DNA of 63,032 bases from a bacterium. Lineage in GTDB: Bacteria; Krumholzibacteriota; Krumholzibacteriia; LZORAL124-64-63. The translations under genes were made by a program, and so were the position numbers. The notes beneath the pieces are model-generated. The model was not told the origin of the DNA, did no database searches, and saw only the letters and a program-made list of their open reading frames with translations. Positions 9,539 to 17,909 of this stretch are shown one piece after another. The stretch lies in the NCBI GenBank assembly GCA_031441465.1, contig JANOEP010000064.1:1-63032 (forward strand), written 5' to 3'. Each line of letters begins with the position of its first letter. The stretch's first letter is position 1.

Positions 9539-10822
9539 CTACAGGTACTGCAGGGCCAGCGCGCCGCTGCCGAGCATCCCGTAGCTGAGCCAGGACGGAT
9601 CGTCCGCGCCGCTGCGGTCGCGGCAGGCGAGGGACGCTGTGCGCAGCGCGCTCGCGACGGTCGCGCCGCAGGCCAGGGCGCGGTAGAAGTCGCCGGCGAA
9701 GGCGCGGGCCCGCGGCTGCGACACGGCCAGGTGCGGCCCCACCACGGCCGAAGCTCCCGACATCAGGAATCGCGGACCGAACGCGGTCAGGCCCAGGTAG
9801 CTGTTGGAGAAGACCAGCGGCGGCGTGGCGGCGTGACGCGCCAGGTCCTCGGGCGCGACGGGACCGTCCTCGAGCTGCCAGCGCGCTTCCGGCGCCGCCG
9901 TCGCCTGTGCGCCGGCACCTCCCGACCACGGGTGCAGCCGGCCCTGCTCGGCCCGCTCGGAGATCCGGTCCAACAGGGCGGTGACCGGGTCCACGCCGAC
10001 GGGCTCCAGTTCCCGCTCTTCCTCAGCCGACATCATGAGGTCGCGCGCCAGCGCCTCCCAACCGGACAGCTGCGTCGTCGCCGCCGGCAGCGGCGGGGAG
10101 GCCGTCGCGCCGCTGAAATGGAATCCCTGATAACGGCGGCCGGTGCGGGCCAGACGGTCCGGGGTCATCGCACCCGTCGGCGACTCGAGCCAGGCCAACC
10201 GCCGCCCGTCCCCGAGTTGGGCCAGGGCTTCGTCGAGCATGGCGCGTTCGAGCCGCGCCTGCATGGTACCGTCGCCGTGGCCGTGGCCGTCGAGGAACAG
10301 CACTCCCGGGTCGGCGCAGTCTTCCGGTCGGAAGCGCCGCACGACCTCGCTCAGCCGCGACGGTCCCTGCACTTGCTCCGCCTGGACCTGGTCCTCCCAG
10401 CGACGCGACCAGGCGCCGCGCCGGGCGGACTTGACGGAGCTGCGCCGGTCGGCGCAGATGGGCGCCGTTTCCAGTACGAAGCGGAGGCCGTTGTGCAGGC
10501 AGGACCAGGGCAGCACGAGGTCGTCGGTCGCCACGATCAGATGGTAGCCGATCGGACTCTCGGCGACGGCGCCGGTCAGGGCGGGGGAGGCGGCGCCCAC
10601 GCTGGGACGATCCGGTGCGAAGGCCGTGGGGTTGCCGGTCTGCGCGGCCCGGAAGAGCAGTTGCCCCAGTTCGGTCACTGCGGCATGGACCGTGGGGCTG
10701 CCGAGCCCCTCGGTCTGCTGGAGGCGCACCAGCCGGTCCCGCTGGGCATGCGCACGGTCGAGCAGGCCACGGCGGGTGACCGCATCCTGGCCGCGGGTCA
10801 GATCGATATCCAGCCACTGCAC
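9539..10822 (-). CDS. CHAT/caspase-like domain protein, probably catalytically inactive
   Basis: LVLPWSCLHNG, FHFSG, PPLVFSNS, FAGDFYRALACGATVASAL, WLSYGMLG resemble the CHAT domain; GGAGGAG RBS before GTG 10822. Confidence 0.55.
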   Translation of the reverse strand: MQWLDIDLTRGQDAVTRRGLLDRAHAQRDRLVRLQQTEGLGSPTVHAAVTELGQLLFRAAQTGNPTAFAPDRPSVGAASPALTGAVAESPIGYHLIVATDDLVLPWSCLHNGLRFVLETAPICADRRSSVKSARRGAWSRRWEDQVQAEQVQGPSRLSEVVRRFRPEDCADPGVLFLDGHGHGDGTMQARLERAMLDEALAQLGDGRRLAWLESPTGAMTPDRLARTGRRYQGFHFSGATASPPLPAATTQLSGWEALARDLMMSAEEERELEPVGVDPVTALLDRISERAEQGRLHPWSGGAGAQATAAPEARWQLEDGPVAPEDLARHAATPPLVFSNSYLGLTAFGPRFLMSGASAVVGPHLAVSQPRARAFAGDFYRALACGATVASALRTASLACRDRSGADDPSWLSYGMLGSGALALQYL

Positions 10823-10963
10823 GGCAGACTCCTCCGCTAAATGCCGCAAACGGGCCCTGTCCCGCCAAGATGCAAGGGACGGACCGGGAAGGCGAAGGTC
10901 GATGGACCTCGCCCCCCTGCTTCCGATATCGGCATGATTCGGGAATGATTGATGAATTCCTGA

Positions 10964-11017
10964 TGGCCGCAAGATTGTCCCTGCCCCGAAGCATGGGTGG
11001 GGACAATCTCGTGGCCA
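10964..11017. mobile_element. 54-bp hairpin mini-element (MITE/REP-like) sharing both ends with the IS at 34938-36147
   Basis: TGGCCGCAAGATTGTCCCTGCCC-CGAAGCAT-GGGTGGGGACAATCTCGTGGCCA. The left arm matches the IS left end 21/22; the right arm matches the IS right end with 2 mismatches. Confidence 0.7.
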
Positions 11018-11108
11018 GAAAAAAATAAGGCGCCTGGCGGCGCCTCATCTCGACCCGGGCGGCTGCACAGCCGCTTCAGGCACTTCTGCTGTCGACTCCG
11101 GCGGTGCG

Positions 11109-11195
11109 TGGTGCCCGAGGGGAGACTCGAACTCCCACGAGGAATCCCTCACTACGACCTGAACGTAGCGCGTCTACCAATTCCGCCACCCGGGC
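11109..11195 (-). tRNA. tRNA-Leu(CAG)
   Basis: GCCCGGGTGGCGGAATTGGTAGACGCG..CTACG-TTCAGGT-CGTAG, long variable arm, GTTCGAGTC, CCA end. Confidence 0.95.
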
Positions 11196-11250
11196 TCCAC
11201 CGTCGAACGCAGGAGCGATGGGCGTAACGCCCGGTGCTCCGCGAGGAGCA

Positions 11251-11279
11251 AATCTAGAGGACGCCCCCGGACCTGTCAA
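11251..11279 (-). promoter_or_regulatory. Sigma70-type promoter for tRNA-Leu
   Basis: TTGACA-17 bp-TAGATT on the minus strand. Confidence 0.6.
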
Positions 11280-11386
11280 CCCCGCAGGCCACAAAATGCG
11301 GCGGGAAATTGCGGATTGTGCCGATCGGGCGCAGATGTTAGCTTCTTTCCCCCGGCGCCCGCGATCCCATCCGGTCAGGAGTGACG

Positions 11387-11857
11387 ATGCCCGCGAACCG
11401 CGCCGAAGGCGGCGTGAAGATCATCGCCAAGAACCGCAAGGCCTTCCACGAGTACGAGATCCTCGATAAGTGGGAAGCCGGGATCGTGCTGCAAGGCACC
11501 GAGGTCAAGTCCCTGCGCGCCGGCAAGTGCAACCTCGGCGACGCCTACGCCGAGATCCGCGACGGCGAGGCATGGCTCGTGAAGGTCCATATCGGTCCCT
11601 ACGACCAGGGCAACCGTGCGAACCACGACCCGTTCCGCCGCCGCAAGCTGTTGCTGACGCGGCGCGAGATCCGCAAACTGAAGCCGCGTCTCGACGAACA
11701 GGGCCTGACGCTGGTGCCGCTGAGCCTGTACTTCAAGCACGGCCTGGTGAAGGTCGAATTCGGGCTCGGGCGGGGCAAGAAGCTTCACGACAAGCGCCAC
11801 GCCACCGCCAAACGCGATTCCGACCTGCGCATCCGGCGCGAGATGGGACGGCACTGA
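11387..11857 (+). CDS. smpB: SsrA-binding protein SmpB
   Basis: NRKAFHEYEILDKWEAGIVLQGTEVKSLR, NHDP..RKLLL, GKKLHDKR. Confidence 0.97.
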   Translation: MPANRAEGGVKIIAKNRKAFHEYEILDKWEAGIVLQGTEVKSLRAGKCNLGDAYAEIRDGEAWLVKVHIGPYDQGNRANHDPFRRRKLLLTRREIRKLKPRLDEQGLTLVPLSLYFKHGLVKVEFGLGRGKKLHDKRHATAKRDSDLRIRREMGRH

Positions 11858-11860
11858 GCC

Positions 11861-13405
11861 GTGGACGCTTCCCGGACACTCCCGGTCCCCGCGAAGTCGG
11901 CGCTGCTCGCCGCGGTCGTGCTGGCGGCGACGGTGCTCGCCGCCGCGCCCGACGTGCGCGGCGGGCCCTTCCCGGCGGCCGACCCCCACGGTCCGGTGCT
12001 GCGCGTCCAGGTCGTCTACCCCGGCGACCGCGCCCCGGCTTCGATCGAGGCGCGCCGTCTCGCCGTGGGCATGGGCGAACCGTTCGTCAGTTCGGCCGAT
12101 GCGGCGCTGATCTTCCGTGCCGCACGCTACTGGGATCCGGACCGACTCCAGATGACGATGCGCGCCGGCGGCCGCAGCGCCGTGGTCACGGTGAACAGCC
12201 GTCACGTCCAACGCGCCGGCGGGAGCCTCCTACTCGCGCTGGCGCCTGTCCACGTCGACGGCGACGTGTGGCTCCCGCTGGAGTTCCTGACCGCCGTGCT
12301 GGCGCCGTCGTCCGGCGACGACGTGGACTGGGATCCCGAACAGCAGGTGCTGATGGTGGGCGGGCGGCGCGCCGACCTGTTGTCGGTGTCGCTCGCGTCG
12401 GCGCCCCACGCCACGACCCTCACGCTCGGTTGCGCCAAGGCCCTGGCCTGGCGGCTCGAGCGGACCGCGCCGGACACGTTGGCCCTGACGCTCGACGAGG
12501 CGAATGCGGCGCCGGCGCTGCTGGGGGCGGTGATCGCCGAGGGCTTGGTCAGCGGCGGCGTGCTCGAGCAGCTGCCCCGCGGCGTGCGCATCGCGGTGGC
12601 GCTGGGGCCGCGCGCCGGCGGCTGGAACGTCGAGACCTCCGTGGACGGCCGTGAGATCCGCCTCGCCCTGCAGGAACGCGAGGGCGACGTCCCGGACGAG
12701 CCCGCGCCGGCCGCCGCGCCGCTCGGCGCCGAGCCGGCTTCGACGGGCCGCGACGTGCGCGTCGTGGTGATCGACCCCGGCCACGGCGGCTCGGACCGCG
12801 GCGCGGTCGGCGACGGCGGCACGCCGGAGAAGGACCTCATGCTGGAGCTGGCCGAGGATGTCCGGCAGCAGCTGCGCCGCCTGGACTTCGACGTGGTGCT
12901 GACCCGCAACGACGATCGCGACCTCGAGCCGGAGCAGCGCGCCGAAGCCGCGAACCGCGCCGGGGGCGACGTCTTCGTCTCCCTGCATGCCGACAGCTGG
13001 TTCGGCGCGGAGGCGTCGGGCGTCACGACGTTCGCGGCGCCGGCCGACAACGAGCCGCTGCCGGAACTGACGGACGGGTTCCTGCCGTGGCACCTCGCGC
13101 AACGCCGGCACGCCGTCGCGAGCGGCGAACTGGCGGCGCTGGTGCAGCCGCGCCTGGTCGCCGCGACCGGCTCGCCCGACCGCGGGATCGTCCGGCTCGA
13201 CGCCCGCGTCCTGCAAGGGCTCGACATGCCGGCGATCATGATCGAAGTCGGCTTCCTGACCGACCCCGGCCAGGAACGCAGCCTGCTCGACGGTGGCCGG
13301 CGGAGCGAACTGGCCACCGCGATTGCCGCGGCCGTGGCCGTCTTCCGCGACGGCTCGGTCAAGGGTGCGGCTCGCCCGGCGTCGAAGTGGGAGGAACCGT
13401 GGTGA
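11861..13405 (+). CDS. N-acetylmuramoyl-L-alanine amidase (Amidase_3)
   Basis: Signal peptide; VVIDPGHGG, EKDL, SLHAD, MIEVGFL zinc/catalytic motifs. Confidence 0.9.
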   Translation: MDASRTLPVPAKSALLAAVVLAATVLAAAPDVRGGPFPAADPHGPVLRVQVVYPGDRAPASIEARRLAVGMGEPFVSSADAALIFRAARYWDPDRLQMTMRAGGRSAVVTVNSRHVQRAGGSLLLALAPVHVDGDVWLPLEFLTAVLAPSSGDDVDWDPEQQVLMVGGRRADLLSVSLASAPHATTLTLGCAKALAWRLERTAPDTLALTLDEANAAPALLGAVIAEGLVSGGVLEQLPRGVRIAVALGPRAGGWNVETSVDGREIRLALQEREGDVPDEPAPAAAPLGAEPASTGRDVRVVVIDPGHGGSDRGAVGDGGTPEKDLMLELAEDVRQQLRRLDFDVVLTRNDDRDLEPEQRAEAANRAGGDVFVSLHADSWFGAEASGVTTFAAPADNEPLPELTDGFLPWHLAQRRHAVASGELAALVQPRLVAATGSPDRGIVRLDARVLQGLDMPAIMIEVGFLTDPGQERSLLDGGRRSELATAIAAAVAVFRDGSVKGAARPASKWEEPW

Positions 13406-14007
13406 ACGCCGGGACACGTCGACGCCTGCCGGTCGAGGGAAGCCGCCGACTGTGGTGGGGACTGGCCCTGCTCGTCTTCGTGGCGGCGGTGGCGGGCGGC
13501 GTTTCGGCCCTCTGGTTGGGCCGCAGCCCGGGTCACAGCCCGGTGGCCGCGCCGCCGGAGTCGGCCCCCGAGTCGATCATCGCCGGCTCGCGCGGCGTCG
13601 TGCTCTTCTTCCCGGACGACGACGGGATCGGCATGGTCACCGAGGAGTTGCTGCTGCCCAGTCGCGACCAGCTCGACGAGGATGTGCTGTCGGTGATGAC
13701 GGTGCTGCAGCGGGGACCCCGCGCCGCACGGACCGCCGCGGCCCTGCCCGCAGGCGCCCGGCCCCTCGGCGTGTTCCTGGACCGCGCCGCCGGCCACGCG
13801 GTCGTGGACTGGAGCCGGGAACTCATCACCGGCCAGCCGGGCGGCAGCGCCGCCGAGCTGGCGACGCTGACGTCGATCCTGCGGACGTTGACCTGGAATT
13901 TCCCCGAACTCGCGACCTGCACGCTGCTGGTCGAGGGCGCTCCGGTCTCGACCCTGGCCGGCCACCTCGACGCCGACCGCCCCTTCATCCTGAAGCGCTG
14001 GCGCTGA
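13402..14007 (+). CDS. GerMN domain protein
   Basis: TM anchor; [28 protein letters not shown] motifs; typical amidase-GerMN-murI-rph synteny. Confidence 0.8.
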   Translation: MNAGTRRRLPVEGSRRLWWGLALLVFVAAVAGGVSALWLGRSPGHSPVAAPPESAPESIIAGSRGVVLFFPDDDGIGMVTEELLLPSRDQLDEDVLSVMTVLQRGPRAARTAAALPAGARPLGVFLDRAAGHAVVDWSRELITGQPGGSAAELATLTSILRTLTWNFPELATCTLLVEGAPVSTLAGHLDADRPFILKRWR

Positions 14008-14021
14008 CCCGAAAGGACGAC

Positions 14022-14867
14022 GTGGGACCCATCGGCGTCTTCGATTCGGGCATGGGCGGGCTGACCGTCCTGCGCGAGCTGCACCGGCGCCTGCCGGCCG
14101 AGGACCTGCTCTACTTCGGCGACACGGCGCGATTGCCCTACGGCACGAAGGGCGAGCGCACGGTACGCGCCTTCGCGCGGCAGGACGCGTCGTTCCTGGT
14201 CAGCCGCGGCGCCAAGCTGGTGGTCGTGGCCTGCAACACCGCCTCGGTGTTCGCGATCGACGACCTGCAGCGCACGTTGCCGGTGCCCGTGATCGGGGTC
14301 ATCGATCCCGGCGTGCGGACGGCGCTGAACAGCACGCGCGGCGGCCGCATCGGCGTGATCGCCACGCGCGGCACGGTGGAGAGCGGTCGCTACCAGCAGA
14401 TGTTGTCGGCGCACGTCGGACCGGAGCGGGTGCTCGCCCGCGCCTGCCCGCTGTTCGTTCCCCTGGCGGAGGAGGGGATGGTCGACCATCCGATCACGCG
14501 CCTGGTGGCCTGGGAATACCTCGCCCCGCTGCGCGATGCGGCGGTCGACACGCTCATCCTCGGCTGCACGCACTACCCGTTGCTGAAGCGGGTCATCTCC
14601 GAATTCATGGGGCCGCAGACCGTGCTGGTGGACTCGGCCGAAGCGCTGGCCGAGGTGGCGTCGCAAACGCTGGTCGACGCCGGTCTGCTGCGGGACCCGA
14701 GCGGCCCGCCCGGCAAGATGGAATTCTTCCTCAGCGACATCCCCTGGTTGTTCCAGGAAATGGGCGCCCGCTTCCTCGGGCACCCCATCGACTCGGTCCA
14801 GACGGTCAACGTGAACGAAGCCGACTGGGACGGGCACCTCGACCTCGCCGGAAAGGACGTCTCGTGA
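14022..14867 (+). CDS. murI: Glutamate racemase
   Basis: [32 protein letters not shown] start after AAAGGA. Confidence 0.95.
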   Translation: MGPIGVFDSGMGGLTVLRELHRRLPAEDLLYFGDTARLPYGTKGERTVRAFARQDASFLVSRGAKLVVVACNTASVFAIDDLQRTLPVPVIGVIDPGVRTALNSTRGGRIGVIATRGTVESGRYQQMLSAHVGPERVLARACPLFVPLAEEGMVDHPITRLVAWEYLAPLRDAAVDTLILGCTHYPLLKRVISEFMGPQTVLVDSAEALAEVASQTLVDAGLLRDPSGPPGKMEFFLSDIPWLFQEMGARFLGHPIDSVQTVNVNEADWDGHLDLAGKDVS

Positions 14868-15577
14868 CCGCACGCGCCAACGACCGCAAACCGATCCAGC
14901 TGCGCCCCGTCCACATGACCCGCGACTACCTGCCCCACGCGGAAGGATCCGTCCTGATCGAGATGGGCTCCACGCGGGTGATCTGCACGGCGTCCCTCAG
15001 CCACGGCGTGCCGGGCTGGCTGCGGGGGTCGGGGCAGGGCTGGGTCACCGCCGAGTACGGCATGCTGCCGCGCGCCACGTCGGAGCGCACCCGCCGCGAG
15101 GCCACCAACGCGTCGGGCCAGGGCGGCCGCACCATGGAGATTCAGCGGCTGATCGGCCGCAGCCTGCGCTCGGTCACCGACCTCAAGGCGATGGGCGAGA
15201 TCACCGTCACGATCGACTGCGACGTCATCCAGGCCGACGGCGGCACGCGCTGCGCGTCGATCAACGGGGCTTCGGTGGCGCTCTACGACGCGATGAAGCG
15301 CCTGAACCTGCGCCGCCACCCGATGAGCGGCCTGGTCGGTGCCGTCAGCCTGGGCCTGGTCGACGGCGAGATCCTGGTCGACCTGGACTACGCGGAGGAT
15401 TCCCGCGCCTCGACCGACATGAACATCGTCATGGCCGAAGGCGGCGGACTGATCGAGGTGCAGGGGACGGCCGAGGGGCGCCCCTTCGCCCGCGAGGAAC
15501 TCGACCGCATGCTGGACCTGGCCACCAGCGGCATCGCGCGCCTGATCGAATTGCAGCGCAAGGTTCTGGAGGCCTGA
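14864..15577 (+). CDS. rph: Ribonuclease PH
   Basis: [52 protein letters not shown]. Confidence 0.97.
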   Translation: MTARANDRKPIQLRPVHMTRDYLPHAEGSVLIEMGSTRVICTASLSHGVPGWLRGSGQGWVTAEYGMLPRATSERTRREATNASGQGGRTMEIQRLIGRSLRSVTDLKAMGEITVTIDCDVIQADGGTRCASINGASVALYDAMKRLNLRRHPMSGLVGAVSLGLVDGEILVDLDYAEDSRASTDMNIVMAEGGGLIEVQGTAEGRPFAREELDRMLDLATSGIARLIELQRKVLEA

Positions 15578-15581
15578 GGCG

Positions 15582-16604
15582 ATGAACGTCGCACGGCGCG
15601 TCCTGGTGCTCGCGAGCCGCAATCCCGACAAGGTGCGCGAAATGCGCGAGTTGTGCGCGGGCGGGCCCTGGGAGGTCCGCTCGGCGGCGGACTATCCAGG
15701 CCTGCCGGAGGTCGTCGAGGACGGCACGACGATCCTGGGCAACGCCGCGCGCAAAGCCGTCGTCGCGGCCGCGTTCACCGGCGAGATCGCCGTGGCCGAC
15801 GATACGAGCCTGTGCGTCCGCGCCTTGAACGACCTGCCGGACGTGTTCGCTGCGCGCTTCGCCGGGCCCGGGGCGACCTACGCCGACAACTGCCGGCTGC
15901 TGTCCGAATTGATGCGCGCGGTGCCCGCCGCGTTCCGGCACGCCGTGTTCCAGACGGCCGCCGTCTGGGTAGACCCCCGCCCGGGCGCCGTGGATCCCGC
16001 GGGCGCGCAGGCCGCCGCGGATGTGCGCTGGATGCACGACCCGTTCCGCCGGGCCGTCCACTTCGCGGATCCCGGCGACGCCGATGCCTACTGGAACGGC
16101 CTGTCCGACCACCGCGCGGTGTGGACGGCCTACCGCGCCGTGATGGGCGCGCCCGGCGTGATCCCGGGCGCGGACCAGGATCTTCTGGCGAAGCTGCTCG
16201 CGGGACTCTGCGACGGGGCCGAGCGCGAGCGCGCGGGATCCGGACCCGCCGGCGCCGGGGTGATGCGCCTGCCCGATCTGCGGATCTGGACGGCGTCCGG
16301 ACCCGGCGACAAGGTGGTCCCGACCCGCGTCAGCCCCGACGGTTTGCCGGCGGACGCGCCCGGCCGCGCCGCGTGCGCACCGGTCTGGCTGGAGCTGTCG
16401 TCGCACGGCCGGCTGCACGGTGCGATCGCGGCGTCACCGGCGGGTCGCGCCGGTTTCGGTTATGATCCGGTGTTCCGTCCCGATGGTCTGGACCGGACCC
16501 TCGCCGAAATGGAGCCCCGGGAGAAGAACGCGATCAGCCACCGGGGCCGCGCGCTGCGGCGGCTGCTCGACGCCGCGCGGAAGGTGTACGGCCAGACGGC
16601 GTGA
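15582..16604 (+). CDS. rdgB: Non-canonical purine NTP pyrophosphatase (RdgB/HAM1) with a ~140-aa internal insertion
   Basis: [45 protein letters not shown]; follows rph. Confidence 0.85.
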   Translation: MNVARRVLVLASRNPDKVREMRELCAGGPWEVRSAADYPGLPEVVEDGTTILGNAARKAVVAAAFTGEIAVADDTSLCVRALNDLPDVFAARFAGPGATYADNCRLLSELMRAVPAAFRHAVFQTAAVWVDPRPGAVDPAGAQAAADVRWMHDPFRRAVHFADPGDADAYWNGLSDHRAVWTAYRAVMGAPGVIPGADQDLLAKLLAGLCDGAERERAGSGPAGAGVMRLPDLRIWTASGPGDKVVPTRVSPDGLPADAPGRAACAPVWLELSSHGRLHGAIAASPAGRAGFGYDPVFRPDGLDRTLAEMEPREKNAISHRGRALRRLLDAARKVYGQTA

Positions 16605-16783
16605 ACGGGGATTGACGCGCGGGATCGAAGCCCGCGCCGCCGATCGTGCCGCAAACCCCTTGCCGGGGTCACGGTTGGCGCCGTCGGCGTTCCGAGTATG
16701 ACGGGGAGCGAGGCTTGCAGCGCGTCCGGTCGGAAGTGCCGGCCGGGGAGGCGGATCCGGACGCGATCGCGGGGATGAACGGT

Positions 16784-16860
16784 CGGGGCGTGGCGCAGCC
16801 CGGTAGCGCATCTGCTTTGGGAGCAGAGGGTCGCCGGTTCGAATCCGGCCGCCCCGACCA
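16784..16860 (+). tRNA. tRNA-Pro(TGG)
   Basis: CGGGGCG acceptor stem, TCTGC-TTTGGGA-GCAGA anticodon arm, GTTCGAATC, CCA end. Confidence 0.95.
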
Positions 16861-16879
16861 CCAACCACGGTGCCGAGTC

Positions 16880-16908
16880 TTGACACTCCAGGACGCTTGG
16901 ACCATTAT
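16880..16908 (+). promoter_or_regulatory. Sigma70-type promoter for tRNA-Arg/His
   Basis: TTGACA-17 bp-CATTAT. Confidence 0.55.
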
Positions 16909-16949
16909 GTCCGTCCGTGCCTCGACAAGAGCGCGGGCGCACGATACTG

Positions 16950-17026
16950 GCGCCTGTAGCTCAGTTGGATAGAGCACCGGACTTCTAATCCGGCGGTCGC
17001 AGGTTCGAATCCTGCCAGGCGCGCCA
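16950..17026 (+). tRNA. tRNA-Arg(TCT)
   Basis: GCGCCTG acceptor stem, CCGGA-CTTCTAA-TCCGG, GTTCGAATC, CCA end. Confidence 0.95.
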
Positions 17027-17044
17027 GCTTTGCGGATCTCGGGT

Positions 17045-17121
17045 GGTGGATGTAGCTCAATTGGCGGAGCCCCTGGTTGTGGTCCAGGTGGTCGTGGGTT
17101 CGAATCCCATCATCCACCCCA
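17045..17121 (+). tRNA. tRNA-His(GTG)
   Basis: G(-1)GTGGATG acceptor stem, CCTGG-TTGTGGT-CCAGG, C discriminator, CCA end. Confidence 0.93.
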
Positions 17122-17269
17122 CCCCCTTTCCCCATCGCGACGCGAAGTCCGCTGACCCGCAGCAGGCGGCCCCGGACGGGGCCGTTCGTGTCGGCGGGCG
17201 ATCGGTCGCCCCGGTCTGCAAACGGGTTGAAGACTGCGGCCCGCGGGCCGCGCCGACAGGAGGGAACGC

Positions 17270-17746
17270 ATGGCCAGTGTGAACAAGGCGATCGTCGTCG
17301 GGAATCTCGGCCGGGATCCGGAGATCCGCTACACGCAGAACAACACCCCGGTCGCGACGTTCAGCATCGCGACGACCGACCAGTGGAGCGACCGCAACGG
17401 CGAGAAGCAGGAGCGCACCGAGTGGCACCGCATCGTCGCCTGGGGCCGCCTCGCCGAGATCTGCTCGCAGTACCTGCAGAAGGGCAAGCAGGTCTACGTC
17501 GAGGGCCGGCTGCAGACGCGCGAGTGGGAGGACAAGGACGGCAACAAGCGCTACACGACCGAGATCGTGGCGCAGACGATGCAGATGCTCGGCCGTCCCG
17601 GCGACGGGCCGGCCCGCGACCCGGACGCCGCGCCGCGCCCGCCGCGCCCCGCGCAGCCGGGAGGCGCCGCCCCCCGCGGCGGCCAGAGCGATCCCTTCGA
17701 CAGCGGCCCCGTGCCGGGCGTCGAGGACGAGGACCTGCCGTTCTAG
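17270..17746 (+). CDS. ssb: Single-stranded DNA-binding protein
   Basis: [25 protein letters not shown], acidic EDEDLPF tail. Confidence 0.97.
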   Translation: MASVNKAIVVGNLGRDPEIRYTQNNTPVATFSIATTDQWSDRNGEKQERTEWHRIVAWGRLAEICSQYLQKGKQVYVEGRLQTREWEDKDGNKRYTTEIVAQTMQMLGRPGDGPARDPDAAPRPPRPAQPGGAAPRGGQSDPFDSGPVPGVEDEDLPF

Positions 17747-17783
17747 GGTGCGCCGGGCGGCCGGAGACCGCATGATCAGGTCG

Positions 17784-17811
17784 GGGCGCCCGAGGGGGCG
17801 CCCTTTCCTTT
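17784..17811 (+). terminator. Intrinsic terminator after ssb
   Basis: GGGCGCCC-GAGG-GGGCGCCC followed by TTTCCTTT. Confidence 0.7.
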
Positions 17812-17909
17812 GCGAAGTTCCCGCCGGGAGGGAAGTGCACCGTGCCGCCGAGCCCGCCAGGCCCTATCATGAACGCGAGGCTGCCCGGCCCGAAACCGCG
17901 GAGACGACC

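Noticed and set aside
11196..11386. tmRNA (ssrA) next to smpB
   Set aside because: The gap is too short and holds the tRNA-Leu promoter; no tmRNA termini seen.
15976..16390. Intein in rdgB
   Set aside because: No N-terminal Cys/Ser block or C-terminal His-Asn followed by Cys/Ser/Thr.
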